The notes under the pieces: generated by a model
The model's input: the letters and a program-made list of their open reading frames with translations, nothing else
Told to the model about the DNA's origin: nothing
The model's database searches: none
In this document: piece after piece, positions 1 through 5,280 of the stretch
Layout: every line of letters begins with the position of its first letter
Numbering within the stretch: position 1 is the stretch's first letter
NCBI GenBank assembly: GCA_016840425.1
Contig: JAEOSI010000118.1
Coordinates: 1-7,167 of the forward strand
Origin: Candidatus Wukongarchaeum yapensis
Lineage (GTDB): Archaea; Asgardarchaeota; Wukongarchaeia; Wukongarchaeales; Wukongarchaeaceae
Reading direction: 5' to 3'
Length of the DNA stretch: 7,167 nt
Program-made: the position numbers and the translations under genes

Positions 1-1
1 G

Positions 2-28
2 GAAAAGATCAAGGATTGTGATGGTTGA
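2..28 (+). CDS. possible 3' end of an upstream gene (partial, ...EKIKDCDG*)
   Basis: Frame open from the window edge to TGA 26-28, which overlaps ATG 28-30 (TGATG coupling arrangement). Only 8 codons are visible. Confidence 0.25.
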   Translation, partial: EKIKDCDG

Positions 29-687
29 TGTATCGTGCTTCAACATTTTCTTCTACGGAGGAACGCAGACTTTTAGAAATGGCTCAAGATCATATGAGGT
101 TTGTTCTTCAAGCCGTTCGAGAACTAAGAAACTCGGTAGATCTATGGATCAATAACGATGATGAAAAGTTATTGGAAACAGCCAATAAAGTGATCGAGCT
201 TGAAGAAGAAGCAAATAAGGTAAAGAAGGAGTTTTTAGACGAGCTTTCAAAGGCTTCCCCATCTCTTATGAGCAAAGAAGACCTACTGCGCATGATCTCT
301 TCAATAGATAAAATCGCGGATAAAGCCGTGGGTGCAAGTTTCTTCTTAACAACTCTTTCAGGATGGATTCCGCCAAAAGATTTTGAGAAAAAACTCAAAG
401 CCTTTTGTGATGAAAGCTTTCAATGCGCAGAAAACCTAAGAAAAGCTATTTTCACGTTAGTTAACTCCCCTCGAAAAACGATAGAAATCACAGATAAGAT
501 CGATAAAGGGGAAAATAAGACCGATAATCTCTTCAGAGAGATAACAGTATACACTTATGAATTTAATAAAGATCCTTTTCTCGCTATGAAACTTAAAGAC
601 CTCTTTTTACGCATAGAAGAAATAGCTGACATGTCTGCAGAAGCTGCAGGCACACTAAGACTCATATCACTCTCCCGCATAGCATAA
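28..687 (+). CDS. DUF47 / PhoU-like phosphate transport regulator family protein
   Basis: About 219-aa all-helical protein with two PhoU-like halves: 'LEEEANKVKKEFLDEL...KEDLLRMISSIDKIAD' and 'ENKTDNLFRE...IEEIADMSAEAA'. Start is ATG 28, or TTG 25 as in the ORF track. Confidence 0.85.
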   Translation: MYRASTFSSTEERRLLEMAQDHMRFVLQAVRELRNSVDLWINNDDEKLLETANKVIELEEEANKVKKEFLDELSKASPSLMSKEDLLRMISSIDKIADKAVGASFFLTTLSGWIPPKDFEKKLKAFCDESFQCAENLRKAIFTLVNSPRKTIEITDKIDKGENKTDNLFREITVYTYEFNKDPFLAMKLKDLFLRIEEIADMSAEAAGTLRLISLSRIA

Positions 688-734
688 ATTACTGTTTTCT
701 CAAAAAAACTGTACGCCTTTTTAAGGGATTAAAA

Positions 735-1346
735 ATGGACAAAGTCAAGGAAGAAAGAGGAGAAGAGAAAGAAGAAAAAAAGGAGAAGAAGGAAGGAGAA
801 AAAATAAAGGTTGAACTGCTACAAGACAGGGCTATTGTTTGGGATACCAACTCTGCACGCAAACTTTATGCAGAAGGTTATTTCGGAAAACCCCTAGGCA
901 TACGAAAACCAAAAGGCACAGAATTCGACCGCCCCCTAGAGCTAAGCCTTTTCGAGACCCTTTACCTAGCAGAAAAAGGGAAAATAGAGGTTTTAGACAG
1001 TGTTTCAGGCCTACCCATCAAAATAGAAGAATTGAAAAAGCAAAGCAAAAAAAGCCACGATCTATTCCTAGACAAATACACAGTCTACAAAGACCTAAGA
1101 GAAAAAGGCTACGTAGTCAGACCAGGTTTAAAGTTCGGAACACACTTTGCAGTATACGAAAAAGGACCAGGGATCGACCACGCTCCCTTTCTAACCGAAG
1201 TAACACCCAAAGGAACCTCCCTCTTTCCTATCTCATTAGTGAGGGCAGGAAGACTAGCAACAACAGTCCGAAAACGTTACGTAACCGCGATAATCTCCCC
1301 CACAGGAGAAGTAAAATACCTCGTCTTCTCGTGGTACAAACCGTGA
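735..1346 (+). CDS. endA: tRNA-intron (splicing) endonuclease, catalytic alpha subunit
   Basis: Motifs 'LELSLFETLYL' and 'YTVYKDLREKGYVVRPGLKFGTHFAVY'. Catalytic triad intact: Tyr141 (AVY), His149 (DHA), Lys180 (VRK). Charged E/K-rich N-terminal extension. Confidence 0.95.
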   Translation: MDKVKEERGEEKEEKKEKKEGEKIKVELLQDRAIVWDTNSARKLYAEGYFGKPLGIRKPKGTEFDRPLELSLFETLYLAEKGKIEVLDSVSGLPIKIEELKKQSKKSHDLFLDKYTVYKDLREKGYVVRPGLKFGTHFAVYEKGPGIDHAPFLTEVTPKGTSLFPISLVRAGRLATTVRKRYVTAIISPTGEVKYLVFSWYKP

Positions 1347-1506
1347 ACCATGAGAAGAAATTAGTGATTAGTAAAAAATAAAAAGGTAAAAATTCGTAAA
1401 AATAATGTTAAACATAAATCGCTAACTTTAAAAGTCTAGGATCAATTTATAACCTAATAGAAAGAAAAAAGATCGTATCCATATTACTAATTGCTTTTTG
1501 TTTTTC

Positions 1507-1565
1507 ATATTCGTAAAATTGGAGAATAGAGAAACTTGTCTATTCACAAAAAAATTTGCGAATAT
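1507..1565. repeat. nested inverted repeat / long hairpin
   Basis: ATATTCGTAAA 1507-1517 pairs with TTTGCGAATAT 1555-1565 (11 bp, one G-U on the + strand). GAATAGA 1524-1530 pairs with TCTATTC 1539-1545. Confidence 0.55.
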
Positions 1566-1600
1566 TTAAAAAGATCGTGTCTTTCGGCAACGCGGGAGGT
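1556..1600 (+). promoter_or_regulatory. putative BRE/TATA and RBS for the Cys-rich gene
   Basis: TTTAAA at 1565-1570 preceded by GCGAATA. GGAGG at 1595-1599 lies 9 nt before ATG 1609. Confidence 0.5.
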
Positions 1601-1608
1601 TATAGTCC

Positions 1609-1980
1609 ATGGCCCGTACTGATACTTTAAAAGACTCTAGACCAACGACTTTTAAAAAACGTTTCTGTCATGTTTTTTGCCAAAATTTTAGGTGCACCCA
1701 GAACGCGTTATACATCACCAAGAACAAAAAAACCAATAATAAAGTAGCAAGATGCAATTTTGCAGACGATTTATGCATAGGATACAAATGCAAATACGCA
1801 GTTTGTAACATACACAAATTAAGAGCAGACGGCGTATGCGGAAAATCGATACAAAAACAAAGACCAAGCATCTCAGACGTATGGACCGAGGATCAAGAGG
1901 ATGAAAACGAGACCTTAATGCGAACTTACATGCGAAAAAGCAAAGCCCTAAAAAAACTCAGAAATATAGACCTAGATTAA
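1609..1980 (+). CDS. uncharacterised Cys-rich (putative metal-binding) archaeal protein
   Basis: 123 aa with a strong RBS. Eight Cys within 58 aa (C20, C24, C29, C49, C56, C61, C66, C77), including 'DLCIGYKCKYAVC...DGVCG'. Charged C-terminus. Confidence 0.8.
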   Translation: MARTDTLKDSRPTTFKKRFCHVFCQNFRCTQNALYITKNKKTNNKVARCNFADDLCIGYKCKYAVCNIHKLRADGVCGKSIQKQRPSISDVWTEDQEDENETLMRTYMRKSKALKKLRNIDLD

Positions 1981-2065
1981 AAAACAAGTCTAATTAAAAA
2001 TTAAACCAAAAACCTACCTTATCTTTTTTTTTAAAAGACCATTAGAGAACAGTATTTTTACAGTC

Positions 2066-2093
2066 TTTTTTATGGTTAAAAGACCATAAAAAA
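2066..2093. repeat. perfect 11-bp inverted repeat (terminator-like hairpin or operator)
   Basis: TTTTTTATGGT-TAAAAG-ACCATAAAAAA, located between the Cys-rich gene and the KaiC-like gene. Confidence 0.55.
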
Positions 2094-2212
2094 ATAAAAA
2101 TTAAAAGTTCCAAAATATATATAGTAGAAGTTTAAAAATCTAAAAGCAGATGTTATCTTTTTAATTCTACAAAACTTAAAGTTTTCAATTTTTTATAAAA
2201 ATCCTATGGAAG

Positions 2213-2959
2213 GTGAAAATTTTGAAGTCTACTTTTGAAAGCGCAAAGCTAGGTATTCCCCTCCTAGATGAGTCTTTAGGCGGAGGAATTCCAAGAGGAT
2301 CCCTCGTATTAATAGAAGACGAGTTGGGTTATAATGCCAATATACTCCTTACAAAATTCCTAGTGGAGGGTCTGCAACAAGGTGAATACGGGTTTATTTT
2401 AAGCGTAGATCATCCCCAAGAATATCATTTTGCCCAGATAAGCAAGCTTGCAATGAATCCAGAAACCCTAATAGAAACAGGCAGACTCATCTACATAGAC
2501 GCCTTCTCCTCACCCCGTGGCGGATACCACGACCCAAAAAGAGTCTCAAAAGAGAGAATATCAGACCTCAGCAATCTTTTCGAGGTAAACGAAACAATCC
2601 GCCGCACCCTACTGCACGTTAGCGAATCACTCGCTGTACGCGGAATCATAGACAGTTTTTCAACAATGCTAAATCTTTCAGATTCCCTAAAATCCTCTAT
2701 CTTCTTCTTACAAAACCGTTCAGCTTTAGACAAATCAAGATTAAGCACAACCTTTATGCTAGTACACGCAGATGCCCACGACCCCTACACGCTAAAAGCC
2801 TTAGAACACTTAGCAGACGGCGTAATAACCATAAAAGGAAAAAGTGCAAGCTCATCCCAAGCCATACTAAGAATAGCAAAAATGCGCGATATAGACTATT
2901 CAAGAGAACTCTTCAACTTCGAATGGTACAAAGGAAAACTAACAATGACAAAATTATAA
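2213..2959 (+). CDS. KaiC/RAD55 (RecA-superfamily) ATPase-like protein with degenerate Walker A
   Basis: 'LGIPLLDESLGGGIPRGSLVLI', Walker-B-like 'RGIIDSFS', 'LEHLADGVI' and 'LRIAKMR' are all typical of the family. The P-loop reads EDELGYNAN, with no GKT/S. The true start may be TTG 2222, since GGAAGGTGA overlaps the GTG. Confidence 0.85.
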   Translation: MKILKSTFESAKLGIPLLDESLGGGIPRGSLVLIEDELGYNANILLTKFLVEGLQQGEYGFILSVDHPQEYHFAQISKLAMNPETLIETGRLIYIDAFSSPRGGYHDPKRVSKERISDLSNLFEVNETIRRTLLHVSESLAVRGIIDSFSTMLNLSDSLKSSIFFLQNRSALDKSRLSTTFMLVHADAHDPYTLKALEHLADGVITIKGKSASSSQAILRIAKMRDIDYSRELFNFEWYKGKLTMTKL

Positions 2960-2991
2960 TCCCCAACCCCAACTCAGAAAATAAAGAGCTA

Positions 2992-3012
2992 CTTCCTCCC
3001 CTTTTTATCTTT
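2992..3012 (+). terminator. pyrimidine/T-rich archaeal terminator candidate
   Basis: CTTCCTCCCCTTTTTATCTTT about 30 nt after the KaiC-like stop codon. Confidence 0.35.
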
Positions 3013-3123
3013 ATGTCGCCAAGAAGATTCTACTCTCAAGATAAGGGATAGCTTCTGATCAATGTCTATTAAGTGCGTTTTTATACGGATACGGAAACAC
3101 TTCCTGTAAAAGCGGGATAATTC

Positions 3124-3212
3124 ACACTTCTCAGTCCTGCGCGGGCAAATCATAAGCGCCTAAAACAGAAAAAATAAACGCTTCAAAACCAAGCCCTCAT
3201 CATTGAAAGTAT
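3124..3212 (-). ncRNA. box C/D 2'-O-methylation guide sRNA
   Basis: Minus strand reads AUACUUUC-A-AUGAUGA (C, 3203-3197), GGGCUUGGUU (guide), UUGA (D', 3186-3183), AGCGUUUA-12 nt loop-UAGGCGCU (8-bp stem), U-AUGAUUU (C', 3153-3147), GCCCGCGCAGGA (guide), CUGA (D, 3134-3131), GAAGUGU. The terminal stem and 3-nt bulges give K-turn geometry at both motifs. Confidence 0.85.
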
Positions 3213-3236
3213 AAAAACATCCCGCTTAAATTCTAA

Positions 3237-3249
3237 TTTAAATCCTTTT
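3237..3249 (-). promoter_or_regulatory. BRE-TATA promoter candidate for the sRNA
   Basis: Minus strand AAAAGGA-TTTAAA, with the first T about 30 nt upstream of 3212. A second TATA-like TATAAA lies at 3260-3255. Confidence 0.5.
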
Positions 3250-3333
3250 AACCTTTTATACATAAAATTTTCTTTCTTTAAAACTCTAAAACTTTTTAAT
3301 CCAATATCTGAATACCATTATCTACCCAAAGAA

Positions 3334-3351
3334 ATTATTATTATTATTATT
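3334..3351. repeat. (ATT)6 microsatellite
   Basis: Six consecutive ATT units directly visible, upstream of the CxxC microprotein gene. Confidence 0.8.
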
Positions 3352-3387
3352 TTGAATTAGTTTAGCGGTTTTGCGAGGTTATCTTTC

Positions 3388-3540
3388 ATGTTTATTAACC
3401 CGAGACTAAGGTTTTTTTTCATACTGTTCCTTGCCCTATTGTTCCTTTCTATAGGCATAGTAGTAAACCAATATGACGACATTAAAGAGTATGCTGCATC
3501 ATTTTGTGATTCTTGCACAGCAGGTCTACCAAAACCCTAA
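3388..3540 (+). CDS. 50-aa membrane-anchored CxxC microprotein (CD1871A-like), missing from the ORF track
   Basis: MFINPRLRFFFILFLALLFLSIGIVVNQYDDIKEYAASFCDSCTAGLPKP*. One TM helix and a C-terminal CDSC. GAGGT RBS at 3375-3379. Lies 40 nt upstream of a 4Fe-4S membrane protein gene, the gene order I recall for this family. Confidence 0.85.
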   Translation: MFINPRLRFFFILFLALLFLSIGIVVNQYDDIKEYAASFCDSCTAGLPKP

Positions 3541-3580
3541 TCCTCAAAACCCTTAACGAAAGAGAAAGAGGTAAAAACGT

Positions 3581-4525
3581 ATGACACTAAAAGACAAAAT
3601 CTCACCAGAAGAAGTAGCCGCTAGAAGACGAAGAATAAAAACTCTAAGACTCTTTATCCAAATCCTCATTCTCCTCATCATAAACGCTCAAATATTCGGG
3701 GCTGCAGACACAGGGTTTCCCGCCCCCGTACTCTATCCAGCAGGGGCTCCCTACACCGTGATGGTTGGCGCCTACTACGCTTTTGAAAAAACCATGACTT
3801 CGGGCGCTTTACCCTTCCTTGCCCTGGGCGTCATTTTTTTAATCACCGTCGTTTCAGGTCGCGCTTTCTGCGGCTGGGCTTGTCCCTTCGGCCTAGCACA
3901 GGATGTGGTTGGTTACGCTCCAACAAAGAAAAAAAGACCCGACCGCATCATTAACAAAGACTTGCAATTTTTCGCTCAATTATTCCTATTCATAAGCATA
4001 ATCATCGGTCTATACGTTGGCTGGAAAACATACAAAGGAACAGACGCCGACGTAAGGGAAGGTTTAGGCGTGTTCTCAGACGCACCTTTTGCAGTATACT
4101 CCCCCGCAGCAACCCTTTTCGCCACAATACCCTACATGATCGGCTGGTACCCTGATTATGACGACCCCATAGCCTTCACCGATTTCGGCATACTCTTCTG
4201 GCTAAGATTATTATTCCTTATAGCAATCCTATACACAGTAGCATACGTCCCCCGCGCCTTCTGCCGATGGTTCTGCCCTCTGGGCCTAATCATGGGAGAA
4301 TGCGGAAAATACAGCCTAATAGGCCTATCAAGAAACCCCGCAAGATGTGATAAGTGCGGAGACTGCGAAAAGGTATGCCCCATGGGGGTTAGAATCCTCG
4401 ACTACCCTTATGAAAGGATCTCAGACCCCTACTGTATCCTCTGTATGGACTGTGTAGCAGCATGCCCAAAAGACGCCCTAGAAATAACCTTCAACATCCC
4501 AAAAAAGAGCTCTGAAAAGAAATAA
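3581..4525 (+). CDS. 4Fe-4S binding membrane protein, NapH/MauN/YccM family
   Basis: Several TM helices, 'GRAFCGWACPFG' and 'FCRWFCPLG', plus two ferredoxin motifs CDKCGDCEKVCP and CILCMDCVAACP. GAGGT RBS upstream. Confidence 0.92.
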   Translation: MTLKDKISPEEVAARRRRIKTLRLFIQILILLIINAQIFGAADTGFPAPVLYPAGAPYTVMVGAYYAFEKTMTSGALPFLALGVIFLITVVSGRAFCGWACPFGLAQDVVGYAPTKKKRPDRIINKDLQFFAQLFLFISIIIGLYVGWKTYKGTDADVREGLGVFSDAPFAVYSPAATLFATIPYMIGWYPDYDDPIAFTDFGILFWLRLLFLIAILYTVAYVPRAFCRWFCPLGLIMGECGKYSLIGLSRNPARCDKCGDCEKVCPMGVRILDYPYERISDPYCILCMDCVAACPKDALEITFNIPKKSSEKK

Positions 4526-4556
4526 AAAATGCATCAAAAAATAACTTCTATACAAC

Positions 4557-4811
4557 CTATTTTTCTTCTTCTTTTTCTTCGTCCTCTTCTTTTATCGCCC
4601 TATTTTCGCCCCACCTATGTTCGTTTATCTTCAACCAGTTTTCCTCAATTTTAGGAGGTCTTATAAGAAACAAAGGATCTAGGGAAGTTATATCCTCAAT
4701 AATATTCTCCTTTTTTTCTTTTTTACGCTTTCTAACTTCAACAAAAGCTATAAGTAACCCATCGTCTTCCCCTATCTGTCTTATAACAATCTCTTGGACC
4801 GGGAAACTCAA
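4557..4811 (-). CDS. small hypothetical protein (84 aa, TTG start)
   Basis: GGAGTG RBS-like motif 8 nt upstream of the TTG, a TATA box upstream, an acidic C-terminal tail, and no overlap with + strand genes. No family recognised. Confidence 0.5.
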   Translation of the reverse strand: MSFPVQEIVIRQIGEDDGLLIAFVEVRKRKKEKKENIIEDITSLDPLFLIRPPKIEENWLKINEHRWGENRAIKEEDEEKEEEK

Positions 4812-4893
4812 GGCACATACACTCCAACGCGAGAACCAAAATTCTTACGTTGATCACGAACAGCACAAGTATGTTTAATAAAGCGCTTTTGAG

Positions 4894-4902
4894 TATTTAT
4901 AA
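4894..4902 (-). promoter_or_regulatory. TATA box candidate for the minus-strand small ORF
   Basis: TTATAAATA on the minus strand, predicting a TSS near 4872-4874. Confidence 0.4.
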
Positions 4903-5250
4903 TCTTATATTTAATCAATAATCTAGATAAAAGAATAACCGCATAACAATTATAAAGATTATGCAAAATTTATCTCACCATTTCAAATTTAAAATCCTGT
5001 TAATTTAATATAAAAAAACGACATAATATCCATAGATAGAGAATTTTTAACTTTTCATAATATCACATGCCATACGATTCAAAAACTATTGATGTCCTAA
5101 ACCATCAAATTAAGTTAAAGAACATTTTGCACTAATTTAAAAAGTTTGTTTGGTGTGAGAAATTTTTAGTTTAAAATACAATGGTGGCATGGAAAGTGGA
5201 TAGTGCCGCGAAATCCGTTAAGTATATAGTTTAGATAATATTAATCATTG

Positions 5251-5256
5251 TTTAAA
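5251..5256 (+). promoter_or_regulatory. TATA candidate implying a leaderless S9 peptidase mRNA
   Basis: TTTAAA starts 30 nt before ATG 5281 and no RBS precedes the ATG. An alternative TATA-like sequence lies at 5218-5229. Confidence 0.35.
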
Positions 5257-5280
5257 AAATTGGTTTGAGAGCTGATTCTA

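Noticed and set aside
108-398. Antisense ORFs in the track (108-398, 1668-1871, 2491-2748, 4156-4383, 5400-5705)
   Set aside because: Each lies wholly opposite a well-supported gene and shows S/F/L-rich shadow composition with no motifs.
839-1381. 180-aa + strand ORF overlapping endA in another frame
   Set aside because: Almost fully inside a clear endA gene. R/P/K-rich with no motifs, as expected for a frame shadow of biased codon usage.
1428-1508. Short minus-strand ORF MKNKKQLVIW... that first looked like a class III (pilin) signal peptide
   Set aside because: In the correct frame there is no G/A cleavage motif, and it stops after 26 aa.
2989-3153. 54-aa minus-strand ORF MICPRRTEKC... 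starting at the sRNA C' box ATG
   Set aside because: No RBS or recognisable motif, and its ATG is explained by the C' box.
5181-5234. 17-codon ORF or riboswitch upstream of the peptidase
   Set aside because: Too short, no RBS, and it does not match the fluoride or other riboswitch consensus sequences I know.
4900-5280. Replication origin in the AT-rich gap
   Set aside because: No ORB-like TCCA-TGGAA/G-string elements, no orc1/cdc6 nearby, and the codon shift is not a single switch.
1347-5280. Selenocysteine recoding or a SECIS element
   Set aside because: No in-frame TGA extends any recognisable protein, and the hairpins lack the AUGA/GA or GAA/A SECIS core.
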